This document shows, in pieces, positions 12,488 to 26,159 of a DNA stretch of 64,000 nucleotides. The notes under the pieces were generated by a model. It was not told the DNA's origin, did no database searches, and saw only the letters and a program-made list of their open reading frames with translations. The DNA is from Escherichia phage CMSTMSU. Location of the stretch: the sequence record MH494197.1; one strand, written 5' to 3'. The position numbers and the translations under genes are program-made. Within the stretch, counting starts at the first letter, position 1. The number at the start of each line of letters is the position of its first letter.

Positions 12488-13798
12488 ATGGCAGATTTAC
12501 AAAGTTCTGTTGATAATTTTAAAATGATATTTCAAACATCACAAGTTCTGCAAAGGCAGCAAAAGAAACTGCAACAAGTACTATTGAAAGCTTAAAAGCC
12601 ACTGCTAATACTTTGCAAAATGATCTTGAAAAAGTAAAAACAATTTTAAAGCTAAGGTTAGTAACGTACAGTCTTTACCAAAGCAAAGTGCAAGCGTTGA
12701 CCAAGTGTATGAAGACTTGGATCTAAGTGAGTTTGTTATTCCTTATGACAATAAATTGTTAAAGTATGACAATCCAACTTGGCACTTTTCCCGCATTAGA
12801 CAAGGATGATTTCAAAACTTCTGGCTTTACCCAGATGCTGAAGTTCAACGTCATGTCATCTCTGAAAGTGGTGTAACTGGAAAGTATAATATCACAAGTG
12901 TTCAGATGACACAAGCTGGTCCTTCAACTCGGGATGACAACCAACTATTGCTTCAACACAGCAGTACTGAACCTTTCAGAAAACAATAGTATGAGTTTAT
13001 ATGATGAACTAATTTCTTTAAGTAATAAACTAAGGTATCATAAGTTCATGGACTTACCTTTGATATTAGAATTGAAATTTATTGGATTCAATACTAATGG
13101 TGTACCTGAAACTATACCAGAAACAACTCGTAGATGGTCCGTGAAGATTAACAGTGTTACCGCTAGTGCATCACAAAGTGGTAGTACTATGCTGTATTCT
13201 ATGAGTCTTGTTCATAACCGTGCGGCTCTAGTGGATAATGTGGAATGGACTCTTAAAGAACCATTTACCTGCACAGCAGAAAACTTTGGTGATTTTTGTT
13301 TTGATTTGGAAGATAAATTGAATCAAATGGCAGACCAGCAATATGGTTATTTGCGTTATAAATTTGGTGAGTTAGCAGAAGGGAAGTTCTTTGAATTCAA
13401 AGTTGCACCAGATTTACAGGATTTGTTTATAAACTATGATTCTAAACAGATGGCAGAAGCTGGAGCTACAAAAAGTGGTGCACAGGGTTCTAAAACTTTT
13501 CATGGAATCCAAGTACTCCAATTTCTCGAATTATCGATGACGTAATAGATACCTGTACTGTACAGGCTGATGATAGTACTAGTGTTCGTCAATTTGTTAA
13601 TATAATCCCACTTAAACAGTATGTTGGATTTGATAATTACCGAAACACGTCAGTTTATAAAGTTGTTTTCTATATAGTTCGTTTTAAAATTGGTGATATT
13701 GTTCATGAATCCGATTTACAGCCAGAAAACTTTACATTTGAGTATTTCTTTGAAAATGCCGAGAAATATGTAGACCCAAATGACCAAAACCAAAGATT
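12488..13798 (+). CDS. Structural protein (about 436 codons), frame-broken; function unknown
   Basis: ATG 12488 MADLQSSVDNF...; continues through ORF 12934..13545 and to stop near 13798 via frame switches. Confidence 0.4.
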
Positions 13799-13801
13799 AA
13801 C

Positions 13802-14727
13802 ATGAAAACTTACAATTATCAGTTTAGTGGACTCAATAGTGAGATTCTAGACCTTGATTTGAAGTTTGATCAGCAATTCTTTGTAGCTACAACTCGTAAC
13901 CCGGTCCAATACAGGACGTTGCGAACCATGCTGGTACACACATCACAAGAATTGAATATCCAAGGTGTTCAGTACAACAGTATACCAGATGCGTGGGCAA
14001 AACAAGTGATTTACGCGTCACACGTGATCTTGGTGGTATATTAACACAGGCACAAGAGCAACTTTTAAATCGAGTAGAAACTTTAGCAAGAGAACAAATG
14101 CAGGTTGGTAATGCTGAAGAACAGGATCGTTATAATAACTATCAAGTAAACGTTCTACCACAGTATATTGAAGATTATGTAACCACATATGAAGAAAATG
14201 ACGGTGGAACCGATGGAATTGGTCATCGATATGGTGAAGTATTCACAATGCCAACTGAAGCAACCAATAATGAAACAACATTATCTGCATCATTGAACGA
14301 TAACAGTAGTACATATGAAATGGACCGCCGTAAAATTCGTGACAACTATTACAATCGTCCATTCTTGTGTAAATTGGATATGCGTGTAGTTGGTGACCCA
14401 TATTGGTTAGGTTGGAGTGATTATTCATATATCCAATATCTTGAACAGGTAATTAATGGAGAAGATATGGAAATTAATCCAGAAGATTACCATGTAGCAA
14501 ACTACATTACATCTGAAGCATATCTTTTATTGAAATTACAACCTGTAGTTTCTATAAATGATAACACTGGTGTTCTTGATATTAATACCCCAACTACATT
14601 TAACCAAACTGTTTATCGTGTAAACAAAATTGTTCATGATTTTGGTGCAGGTGGATCATTTACACAACAAATTCAGGCTGCAATTGTAATTCGTGCACTC
14701 AAACGTCACGATAGTATAATTGAATAA
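13802..14727 (+). CDS. Structural protein immediately upstream of spike gene (hub gp27-like role by position only)
   Basis: ORFs 13802..14044 and 13993..14727 joined by one frame break; TAACATG stop/start junction. Confidence 0.4.
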
Positions 14728-14740
14728 GGAATAATTTAAG

Positions 14741-16255
14741 ATGGCAGATACAAGTAAGAAATATGCCCAACAACAGTTGGGTCGTTTTGACCCTTCGTAT
14801 CCACAACTAGCAACCGTGATGGATAACCGTGACCCAACTAAATCCGGTAAGCTAAAAGTGTGGATTCAAGGTTCACAAAGTGATAAAAATTCAAAAGAGT
14901 CATGGATTGAAGCATCATACATGTCTCCATTCGCTGGTAAAACTCGGGATACCAAGTGCTGATGCTTATGGTCAATATCCAAAGGGATATGGTTTTGGGC
15001 AGTTCCACCTGATGTCGGATGTACTGTTGTTGTTATATTTGCACAAGCAAGAACATTCCAAGCGTATTGGATTGGTTGTGTTTATGACCAACGTATGAAT
15101 ACGATGGTTCCGGATGGCTACTGAAATAAGCAATTATGCAGGTACTGATATGCCATTACCCGTAACTGATTATGACCGTAATACAATTTCTACCAGTACT
15201 CAAGACAAATATGCAAACGTTCCAATTATTGCAGGTCTGAAAAACAAAACTTACTTTATGATGAGGAAGCGGGTGTTGCTAACCGTAGCAGTACTCGCCA
15301 AACTACCAGTACTGTTTATGGTCTTTCCTCACCTCGTGGTAACAGTTTTATTATTGATGATGGTTACACAGAAGAAGAATTAACAGCACCTACATGGGAT
15401 CAAGATCCAGATGGTTATCAGGATACCCAATTCAATAACCCAGTGAACGATACTCGTGTTGGTTCTCGTAAAAATGAAGGCGTTGTAATTAAAACACGTA
15501 GTGGTGCACAGTTGTTGTTATCTGAAGCCTCTGGTGATGTTCTTTTAATTAACCGTGATGGTACTGCACGTATTAAATTCACTGGTGAAGGTGACATTGA
15601 AATGCACTGTGATAAGAATATTAACATTCGTGCAGGACAAGATATTAACATGGTTGCGGGTCGCTCATATAATATTGAAAGTGGAGCAGACTTCAATGCT
15701 CGTGTTGGTGCAAACACTAAACTAGATTTGGTTGGTGCATTGGATGCTAAAGTTGGTGGTCAGGTTGTTATTAACGCTGGAGCAGATTTACGTTTAGTAA
15801 CAGCAGCTTCATTACGTATGCAAAGTGGTAGCAGTACTGATATAACTGCTGGTTCTAATGCGTCAATCTCTGCTGCTACCAGTGCTAATCTTATTGGTTC
15901 TTCATCAGCTATTATTAGTGGTGGTGGTCAAACCCTTACTGTTAACAGTGGTGGTAATAGTGGTACTGCTGAATTTAATGCACCAAACTTCCGCACCCCA
16001 TCTGCTGGCTTGAATGATCATATACATGATATATCGGCTTGGGTTGATGCAGAGAATCACGGCAGTACTGTTGAACCTCCACGTCAAGGTGGTGGTAGTG
16101 GGAATAGTGAATCCCCAGTTCAACCCGAACCTGCTAATGATGTAGCTCCAACTTTAGCTCCAGTACAGGACACTGAAGCAATTCAATATGTAAATTATAC
16201 AACAGAAACAGAACAAGTTCAAACACAAGATTTAATGACTTCTGATCCGGCATGA
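14741..16255 (+). CDS. Baseplate central spike protein, gp5-like: N-terminal OB-fold plus C-terminal beta-helix; no lysozyme domain inside
   Basis: YGFWAVPPDVGCTVVVIFA OB-fold-like segment (frame-joined 14741..15098); long Gly/Ser/Ala/Thr beta-helix-like repeats in ORF 15443..16255. Confidence 0.6.
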
Positions 16256-16620
16256 CTGGTTATAGCATTACGTATGAAGGTCTTCATATGTTCATGCCGT
16301 GTAGTGGAACCATTCGCCAATACGGTTATTGGGGAAAGGTGTCCCGACTAGTGGTGGTGGTAAAGCTGATAGAAGTGGCTGGGAAATACAGTGCAAGGGT
16401 GATGTTGTAGCTCCAGATGGCGGTGTAGTTGTTATCACTAATGGTGCTTTATTGGTTCAACATAAGTCTGGATATAAATCTGTATTTTATAATATTCAAT
16501 CAGATTTGCTCAATAAAGACGTTGTTCAAAAGGTCAAGTTATCGGGAAAGCAAATGGTGTTATACAATTTGAAATACGAGTAACTTCTGCCAACGTACTA
16601 GGATTTAGTGGTTCTGTTGA
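16252..16620 (+). CDS. Degenerate LytM/M23-peptidase-like domain (possibly N-terminal part of the following lysozyme-domain protein)
   Basis: APDGGVVVITNGALLVQHKSGYKSVFYNIQ...ANGVIQFEIR resembles M23 fold ending HLHFEIR, but His ligands replaced; two frame breaks. Confidence 0.3.
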
Positions 16621-17393
16621 CCGGATTATTTTATGCATCACAGACTGGCACAGGTTCTGAAGCGGGAAATAAAACATTAATTGCAGGACAAGCAACGAAC
16701 CAAGCAGCACCGAAAGCTGTTGTTCAACCTTCTGTTGATAGTGATGAATTAGTTGTCACAACTAAAATTAAAACTATCGGTACTGGGTATTCTCAACGTG
16801 GTTCTCGTCATGTCCCTCGTCGTAGAAGAACACAACGTTCAGGTGGTACTCCAGTACCTACGGCACAAGAATCATACAATGTGGGTAATGTTGATAAGAC
16901 TGCAATTGATTGGAAAGTTGTTCCGGGTGATTCACAATTTATTTCTGAATTGAAAGAATATGAAGGAACAATGGCGTATCAACAAGCTAAAGGATATTAC
17001 CGCAATGGTAAATTTTGGAGATATTTGGATAGTCGTGGATTCCCAACTATTGGTTACGGTCACTTGATTGTTAGTGGTGAAAACTTCTCTGGTGGGATTA
17101 CCGAACAGGAAGCCAATGATATGTTGGTGCGTGATAGTAGTAAGGCTATATATGACGCAAAATCCATTTACGCTTCTTATAAGATGAAAACACCTTACAT
17201 GGCACAACAAGTTCTATGTCAAATGGTATTCCAGATGGGTAAAGGTGGTGTAATGAAATTTAAGTCAATGCTATCTGAAATGGCAAAAGGTAACTACAAG
17301 CAAGCTGCTGCTCAAATTCGAAATTCAGCTTGGTATCGTCAAACTACACGCCGTGCTGAATTAATGGCACGTAGATTAGAGGCATGTCAATAA
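16605..17393 (+). CDS. T4-lysozyme-family (GH24) muramidase domain with about 100-aa N-terminal extension; likely virion-associated lysin
   Basis: EYEGT...YLDSRGFPTIGYGHL...QMVFQMGKGGVMKFKSMLSEMAKGNY...NSAWYRQTTRRAE matches T4 lysozyme catalytic E/D/T and C-terminal helices. Confidence 0.8.
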   Translation, partial: LVVLLTGLFYASQTGTGSEAGNKTLIAGQATNQAAPKAVVQPSVDSDELVVTTKIKTIGTGYSQRGSRHVPRRRRTQRSGGTPVPTAQESYNVGNVDKTAIDWKVVPGDSQFISELKEYEGTMAYQQAKGYYRNGKFWRYLDSRGFPTIGYGHLIVSGENFSGGITEQEANDMLVRDSSKAIYDAKSIYASYKMKTPYMAQQVLCQMVFQMGKGGVMKFKSMLSEMAKGNYKQAAAQIRNSAWYRQTTRRAELMARRLEACQ

Positions 17394-17405
17394 ATATTTC
17401 AGTAC

Positions 17406-17413
17406 TATAAATA
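17406..17413 (+). promoter_or_regulatory. T4-type late promoter TATAAATA
   Basis: Exact TATAAATA 18 nt upstream of ATG 17431 with GAGGAAA SD between. Confidence 0.55.
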
Positions 17414-17430
17414 ATAATGAGGAAATCTTT

Positions 17431-17914
17431 ATGAGTAAATGGGAAATCAAAAATACCGACGAACAATTTTTAAAGAAATTAAAGAATTTGAAGGTACTAT
17501 TGCGTATCAGAAAAACTTGGTTATTTTAAAAATGATAAGTTTTGGGTATATAAAGACAGTCTAGGTCTTGATACCATTGGTTACGTCACCTTGTACTTAA
17601 GGGTGAAAGTTTCAAAATGGACTCACTGAAGCAGAAGCTGATGCTCTCCTTATAAAAGATGCTCAGACCGCTTACAATGACGCAAAATCAATCTATGATC
17701 AATTTGGAATGACTGCTCCAGTACAGGTTCAGCGTGTATTGTGGTTTATGGTGTTCCAAATGGGTAAATCAAAAGTTTTAAATTTCAAAAAGCGATGGCT
17801 GCTCTCGGTCGTGGTGATTATAAAACTGCTGGTAAAGAAATGCGTGATAGTTCGTGGTACAAACAAACCACATCCAGAGCGGAGAAGATGGCTCGCATCG
17901 TCGAATCCGTATAA
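17431..17914 (+). CDS. e: Stand-alone T4-lysozyme-like endolysin (GH24), frame-broken in this sequence
   Basis: Frame-switched reading MSKWEI...FEGTIAYQ...DTIGYGHLVLKGE...VLWFMVFQMGKSKVLNFKK...SSWYKQTTSRAEKMARIVESV; paralogous to 16605..17393. Confidence 0.75.
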
Positions 17915-17929
17915 TAAAGGAAACACATA

Positions 17930-18321
17930 ATGGCAATTGTTTTAAAGGTTTTTCAACTCCAGTGGTTGGAAGAACTGAAACATTGTATGACAGTGAATTG
18001 GTTCGTCAGGATTTAATGAATCATTTCAATACAAAAAAGGTGAACGTGCATTTGATGCTGATTATGGGTTCATTGCGTGGGATTTGCTATTTGAATTGGA
18101 TGGTTATAATACAATCAACCTTTTGGAAGCAGATGCCCGTAGAATTATTAGCTTGGACCCACGTTTAAGCTTAAAGAAACTTCAAATATCAAGAATTGAG
18201 TACGGTTATCAGATGGATATAGTACTTGAATATGTTATTCTCAATACTCTTGAAGAATTAACTATAGTTTTGATGCAAGAAGTAACAACAGAATGGCTAC
18301 CTATTCTGTATCATCTTTTAA
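17930..18321 (+). CDS. Baseplate wedge protein gp25-like (GPW/gp25 family)
   Basis: ETLYDSELVRQDLMNHFNTKKGERAFDADYGFIAWDLLFELDGYNTINLLEADARRIISLDPRLSL; AAAGGAAA SD; one frame break. Confidence 0.55.
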
Positions 18322-18326
18322 ATTAT

Positions 18327-18356
18327 AAAAGCACTCTTCGGGTGCTTTTCTTTTGG
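18327..18356 (+). terminator. Rho-independent terminator
   Basis: AGCAC-TCTTCGG-GTGCT hairpin followed by TTTTCTTTT. Confidence 0.55.
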
Positions 18357-18421
18357 ATAAATATTTCTATATATAATTCCCAGTACTGAACTAGTACTTT
18401 ACTGATTTAAAGGAATAAATT

Positions 18422-21400
18422 ATGTCACAACAAAAAGGCAATCAAATTTATACGCTGGTGAAGATTGGACTCAAGTATATGAAAGCTTTTATAAGATCAA
18501 TCTAACAGCTTATGACTTTGATACAATCCGTCAAAGTATGATTGACTATCTACGTGCTACGTACCCAGATTCTTTCAACGACTGGATCGAAAACGACCAG
18601 TTCATCTTTATTCTAGATACCATTTCTATGCTAGGACAGAACTTAGCATTCCGTATGGATTTAAACACTCGTGAGAACTTCCTAGATACTGCTACTCGTC
18701 GTGCATCAGTACTGAAACTCGCAAAAATGATTTCTTATTCTCCACGCCGTTCATATCCAAACGCAGTTGCTAAATTAACAGAAATAAAACCAACCAAGAC
18801 GTTCGTAATAGTTTTAACGAATCACTTAAGGATAAAATCATTCGTTGGAATGACCCAATGGACACAAACTGGTATGAGAACTTCATTCTAGTTATGAACA
18901 GTTCATTTGTCAGTACTAACCAGTTTGGTAATCCGGTTAAACGTATCGATATCAATGGTGTTTCTCGTCAGCTATATCGTATGAATACAATTCCAATGTC
19001 AGCACCAAGTCTTCCATTCACAGCTACAGTTAATGGTGAATCGATGACATTTGAAGTTGTCAACCCTGATATTACAGCAGTTGGTGTTGAAGAGCGTCAC
19101 CCTGAACCACAAGAGCAAAAATATATCGTTTATCAGAATGATGGTAACGGATTTAGTTCACCAAATACTGGTTTCTTCGTTTATTTTGTTCAAGGGACAT
19201 TGACATACCAAGATTACCAATATAATATTCGTGAAGAAAACCGTATCCAAGACATCAACGTAGATAATATCAACGAAACTGATGTTTGGGTTCAGGAAAT
19301 CAACGAAGATGGTATTGTACGTACTAAATGGACCAAAGTTCCATCTATGGAAAGTATCGCATACAATACGGTTAACCGTCAACTAAAACAATCTTTGCTG
19401 TCACAACTCGTGATAAAGACCAGATTACTATTAAGTATCCTGATTCTCGTAGTGGTGTTGTTCCTCGTGGACGTATCGTGTATGGTATCGTGTTAGTAAT
19501 GGTGAAACATACAACATTAAAACGTCTGAAATCCAGAACAAAAGTGTAAAATACACCTATAGAACCAAAACACAATCAAGCTATGAATCCAGTACTTTGG
19601 ATATTCGTTTCACATTGCAATATGAATCAGATCGTGCACAAAGTGCAGAAACAATTGAACAAATTAAGGCTCGTGCTCCACAAATGTATTACACTCAAAA
19701 CCGTTTTGTTAACGGCGAAGACTATAACATTGCTCCGTTGAGTTTGGGTAACACAGTTCTTAAATCTAAAGCAATTAACCGTTTATATAGTGGACAGTCA
19801 CGATTCATTGATATTAATGATCCAACTGGTAAGTATCAAAACACTGATGTGTTTAGTGATGATGGTTCAATGTATCAAGAAAACACACAATTTAATAAAT
19901 CTTTACAATTACCAACTACCAAAACAAATGCTAGTATTGTAATTGATAATATTCAGCCATTGATTGGTGAGAATGCTGTAATCCAACGTTATCAAGCATA
20001 TCCACCGAATACAATTGGTATTGAAATTCAACAAAATGGACACCTGAATACAATTCTAATTACGCAACTAATACGTATGGTCGTATTATGGGAGCAACAG
20101 GTAACGTATTCGGAAATTATCAAGTTGGTACGTTGATTAAGTTTTCAAATGCCGGAACCACTGTGTGGGCTAGTATTGTTAGTGTTCTTGATAATGGATA
20201 TTACGTTCTAAGTACTTCAGTTTCATCAAATATGCAAGCACAAGAGTACATTTTACAATACAGAACACGTTTTAATAGTGTCGAAGTGCAAGCAATCGCT
20301 GCAATGCTTGATAAAAAGACAGATTTTGTTATTATTCATGATAAAGAAACAACTTCTTGGATTCCATTAGAAATCAGTACTGATGAAGATACTATTTCTT
20401 ATAATGGAAATGAAGTTCTTGTTATGATTAACATCAAATATACTGCTGAAACATGGGAATTTGATGCGAATGGCGTTGAATATGTGTTCGTTGGTGGTGA
20501 TAAAGTTCGTTTTACTTCGTTTCTTCTAAAAAGATAACTGATATTAGTACTGGTAGTGTTCAAAGTGACAAAATTGAAATTTTATCATCAAATACCACAA
20601 GCAATAGTAATGCTGGGTTAACAAGTAACATTGATTTCCAAATTTATGATACAATTCAACAAGAAAACGGTTATCTTGATGGATCTCGTGTGATTATCAC
20701 CTCTGAAAATGTTGATAGTAATGGCATTCCACTAGAACCTAATCAATTCAGAGAAATTGTACCTAATTGGACTGGTGAAGATGCAGTTAAATATGGTGGT
20801 ATATTGGTTTTCCAAGAAAATGATGACTTCACTATATCAGTACTGTCATTACCGAGCGATACTTTCACTATTCTTGATTCTTCATGGGCTTATACAATGG
20901 ATCAGGCACTTGCAGAAACTAATGCGTATAAGAGAAGTGAATTTGTTCGCAACAATGCTATTCGCTCAACAACATTGAGTGGTATCTATAGTAAAGGTTC
21001 AGGCTTTATGGTTGGCTTTAAATACGATGGTAAATATTACTTCATAGAACAAACTGTTGGTAATAATAATGACCGTTTAAACCAATTAATTGAGAACTTG
21101 ACCTATTCTGATGATACAACTGCTGCAACTCCTGAACTTGCGTTTTATCGTGCTATTGTTAATATCGGTACTAATGCTGATGTTAACCAGAAGTTAGATT
21201 ATTATGGTTATAAAGATGTAACTTCACAATATACCGTAAAACGAATGCAAGAACTGGTATTGACTTCCACTGGAAACATTATGCACCAGATGATAATCGC
21301 ATTGACCCAAGTAGAACAAACTTGATTGACATGTATGTATTAACCAATTCATACAAAACTGAAGTTGATGTATGGTTGAAGAATGGAACACAAGGTAATA

Positions 21401-21872
21401 TGCCTAAACCGCCAACATCTGTTGAATTGAAAGACATTTTTAAAGAAGTTGAACAAAAAATAGTCATCAGTGACAGTATTATTTGGCATAGTGCAGAATA
21501 TCTACCATTATTTGGTGCGAGTGCTGCTGAAGATTATAAAGCAGATTTCAAAGTTGTAAAATTGCCTAACAGTACAATGAGTGATGATGAAATTCGTCAA
21601 AATGTCGTAGCACTAACTAACGAGTATTTTAATGTTGATAACTGGGACTTTGGTGAAAGTTTTATTACACAGACTTGTGTACATACATTCATTCCCAATT
21701 AGGACGACATATTAGTACTATTGTTATCGTAGCTCAAAATCCTAACTCTAAATTTGGTTCACTATTTGAAATACCTTCACGTTCTGACCAGATTTTCTTA
21801 AGTACTGCATCAGTTGATAACGTACAGATAGTCAATTCCTTGGCTAAGAGTAACATTAACATTGGTTCATAA
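18422..21872 (+). CDS. Baseplate wedge protein gp6-like (N-terminal about 700 codons) plus contiguous downstream reading that may hold a second baseplate gene; frame-broken
   Basis: YDFDTIRQSMIDYLRATYPDSF...LDTISMLGQNLAFRMDLNTRENFLDTATRRASVLKLAKMISYSP aligns with T4 gp6 N-terminal block from memory; ORFs 18538..21872 chain by frame switches. Confidence 0.55.
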
Positions 21873-21878
21873 CACATT

Positions 21879-21905
21879 AAGGCGTTCTTCGGAACGTCTT
21901 TTTAT
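21879..21905 (+). terminator. Rho-independent terminator
   Basis: AGGCGTTC-TTCG-GAACGTCT hairpin followed by TTTTTAT. Confidence 0.55.
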
Positions 21906-21938
21906 ATCATAAATAAATCAAATGAATGAACGAATTAT

Positions 21939-23563
21939 ATGGAGTCCAAAATGACTAATAATTTTAAGTTTCAACCTACACAGATGGCTGAAGCAGTACA
22001 GAAGAAGCTTTTCATAAAAAGATTGCCTGAGTGGATGCAAGGCTTAGAAGATATTCAGAAAGTCAGTGATGATGTTATCCAACAATGGTTTAATCCGGCT
22101 GAAAACGAATTAGTTGACGGCTACATTGGTGACATGGGTTCTCCGGCAGCAGCAGGGAACATCTTCTTACACGAGTCAACAGTCGCACGTCAACTATATC
22201 AGTTGTCCTCTGCGTATGTCTCAAGAAATGATGACTCCAGCATTCGTTCAATTCAATTTTATGATGATCTAGTTGGTTATATGAATCATTACGGTGCACT
22301 AACCGAAAATGAAAGCCGTTTGTTTAATGGTAAGTTCTATTCATGGACCCACCAATTAACCCAAATAAAATGAACAACTACAGTTCATACCTATGGGATT
22401 CCAAGAATAGCTATAATATCACAACTCCAGATTATATTGTAATGGAACGTGGTGCAGAAAATGGTAACACTTGGTCACTACAAAACTTCTGGTACACATT
22501 AGGTGAAACTTTAGAAGATGGTACAATCCTAACTGAAGAACTAATGCAAGATTCCGTTTTGTTCGTGCTCGTGCTCCAATTATCGAATACAATAAAAATA
22601 TCGAACTAATGAACTACGGTACTAAATTCCGTGGACAGTTGATTTGTTCTCTGATATTATTAAACCTGAAGATATCGTACAAAAAGATATTAACAGCGGT
22701 ATACGTATTGATGGTATTATTCCACAAGATGGTATGCGTATTCTTTTCACCAGTATTGGTAACAATGGTGAAAACAACCGAATTTATAAAGTATATGTTA
22801 AACGTATGCAAGATGGAACACGTGTGTATGGTCTAGCATTAGACCCAGACGAAGAATCTGAAAGCCGTCCGAGTGGTGAACCACAAGATGGTGACGTAGT
22901 TCTTATTATCAAAGGTAATGAATTTGGTAACAGTTCCATGTATTGGGACGGTTCTCATTGATTCAAGCACAGTCTAAAACTTCTGTGAACGTATTTCCAC
23001 AATTCCAATTGTATGACCGTAATGGTGTTAAACTAAACAACACTACTACCTATCCATCAAGTACTTTTACTGGTTCTTCATTATTTGGTTTTAAAATTAA
23101 CTATAATTATGCAACCGATAGCGTTTATGGTTATAACATTGAACTGGGTGATTACAATTATTACACCTATGAGAATTTCCTACAATCAACTCGTTATACT
23201 TACGAGCATTTGGGTGTGGAAGTTGAAATTGATGGACTATATTACTATAACGTAATTGGTGAAGGTAATACAATGAACCTAGAAACTGATTGGGTTCGTA
23301 GTACTGAATACTCCAAACAATATGTTAAACAAACTCCACAGGTTGAACGTACAGTAATGTTCCGCGTGTTCAGTACTGTTTATGACATGGAAAGTTTCAA
23401 AGAACCAGTTGAAGGAATGTATGCTTATGTAATTGAAGTTGACCGAACTTATCAATATTACAAAGCAGAACGTGAAACATATCTTGATTGGCATGTTATC
23501 GTTGGTGATGGAGTACAAAGCGTTAAGTACAATCATACATTTGAATTGGCACAAAAGTACTAG
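21939..23563 (+). CDS. Baseplate/fiber structural protein segment (boundaries uncertain)
   Basis: ORFs 21939..22373, 22343..22609, 22644..22961, 22943..23563 chain into one reading via frame switches. Confidence 0.4.
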
Positions 23564-23571
23564 ATAATTCT

Positions 23572-26150
23572 GATGATATTATCGAACTAGTTGTTGATGG
23601 TGTGGAAATAAAAGAATACACCAAAACTGTAGTTAATAATCAAGTACAAAGTATTACAATTGATAGCTCTGTTGATTTGGATGAAGATTCTGTTGTACAA
23701 ATCAGAACTTATAGTAGCACTATCACTCCTAATAAAGAGTTGGGTGCATATGAAGTTCCAATTAACCTACAAAATAACCCATATAATTCAAACATTGAAT
23801 ACATCAACCAAGGTGATTACACCTGCACTTCCAAGATATTATTCAAAAGAATATTACATCTGGTTCTGCTGATGACTTTAACAATTACGAAGAACGTTTG
23901 GCTGCTGGTTTGGTTAATAATGGTGTAGGTACTAAAATTATTCAAAACGAAGCGTCTATGCTACCACTAATGGCACATACCGCTAATGAAGATATTGATT
24001 TGTTTGAATCAATCATGTTTATGCAAGCAGAATACTTCCGCTTCATCAACAAGTTCAACACTCAAATGCTTCGTTTGTATGAAGAAGACCCAAGTGCATT
24101 TCTTGGTAATAGTGCATCAAACATCGTAGATGCGATTCTAACAGCTATTAATATGGGACGTGATAGTACATTCCCATTCTACTATGACAACGTTGCAAGC
24201 ACTGCTGGGTTTATTCGTGCATTTGTCCCACCAACTCCACAGTTCTTGGGTATTTTGCAAGCTTATACGCCACAAAAAGCAACATTCTTAACTGCTGGTA
24301 GTAAATCTAGCTGGTATAATATCAGTCATACTGGTATTATTTCAAAAGCATACCGTGTTATCAATGGTGTTGATAAAATGGATGACGTTGTTTTCGAATT
24401 GGAGAATCGTATCTTTAATAGTATTGACCTTACTTTCAAGGATATTGATTATAAACCAGTACTAAACAGTGAAGACCTATTCCCAACTCCATATTTCACT
24501 GGTACTGATTATAGTGCAGAAGAAAAGAAAACTCTATTGCTACGTGGTTACATTAACTTCACAGCAACCAATGGTATTAGTAACAGTACTCATGATTATG
24601 ATGCAAATAACTGGAGAACTTGGAACTATACTGGTAGTTATTATGTTGTTGATGGTCAGCGTACTGAAATTCCTGCTCGTGGTTCATGGCGTGCAATCTA
24701 TACTGATCAATACGGAACATATCGTCCAGCAACCCACCCGTGGGAAATGATGGGCTTCTCTCAACGTCCTACTTGGTGGAACCAAGAATACGAACCAACC
24801 GCAGTTCAAGTTGGTGAACGTGAGGGTGATGTTGTTTATGTGTATGAAGCACTAGTAATGAATGAAAGTGGTGATTTGGTCCCAAGTGGATTGTGGGATA
24901 TTGATGGTACTATCGGTGACAGCAGCACTGGCACTATTTTGTCCGGTGAACGCCGTGGTCAATATGACAAATACAAGCGTTTCGGTGTACAGCCATTTAA
25001 AATCACTAAGACTGGCGAGAAAACCAGTACTGGTATTGATATTTGTGAAGTTGAGTATATTGCACCTGAAGTTTTAGGTCTTGTTAGTGGTAATTTGGAT
25101 CATCGTGCAGAACCGTGGGCTTATGGTGACATGGGTGACATGGAATTCACTTACATGAACACTGCGATGTTTGCTTATGACCAAATGCTTCTTCTATACA
25201 AAGCAAAACCAGCACAGTTTGCAAACTATTACTGGGATACCCGTAATGATAACCTTAAACCAGTTTATACTGATGGTTCACAGTTCCTTTATGGTGAAAC
25301 TCGTAAGCGTCTAAACTTTGACAGTACTACATTAGTACATGGTGAGAAAAACACCCGTACTATCGGTTATCAAATGTTTGTTAGTGACTATTTGATGTAT
25401 CAGAACAAGAACATTACCACCAAATACGGTGACGTTGTTCGTTCTTCTTATGTTAATGTTGCTCACAAAATTGGTGGCTTTACTAAAGCAGACCAATTGA
25501 CATTCACTGCTAAATCTTTCGGTTTGATTTCACAAGAAAACCAAACTATCGGTCTAGTTCGTTCCAATAACATTCGCGATGAGCAAATGAGTGCAGTAAA
25601 AATTACTTGGAATGGTAGTGCATATCAAATTGATGGTTATGATTTAGTTGGTGCTAAATTTAAATATAAAATTCCAGTTAAAAATGGAAGAAAAGTAACT
25701 CTTAAATTGGAAGACAGAACTGTTGTTCATTACAATGAATGGAAATCTGAAGGTACATTAGAATATGGTAAAATATTCAATACATACCAAGAAGTTTATA
25801 CTTTCATTTGTGGATATGGTGAATATCTAAAAGAACATGGCTGGATTTTTGAAGATGTAAATGATAGTGGTGCTCAACAAGACTGGACAACTATTGCTAA
25901 AGACTTTGTTATTTGGAGTCAGAATAATTTAAGTACTGGTGAGTTCATCTCCTGTACTCCAAGTGCAGCTAATGCTAAATTTGGTGCAGATTTTGGTTCA
26001 GTTCAATCTGTTACACAGAACAGTGGTGGTGTTTGGTCATTACTTGATGATGAAAACCAAGGTATCCGTCAATATGAAATCGAAACGTCGCGTATCGGTA
26101 ACGTATTCACAGTGAGAACTACATCCGAATCACAAAACGTATGGCGTTGA
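23572..26150 (+). CDS. Baseplate/fiber structural protein segment (boundaries uncertain)
   Basis: ORF 23898..26150 (750 aa) continuous with upstream 23602..23928 by frame switch; reading continues from previous segment. Confidence 0.4.
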
Positions 26151-26159
26151 TTCGTTTGA

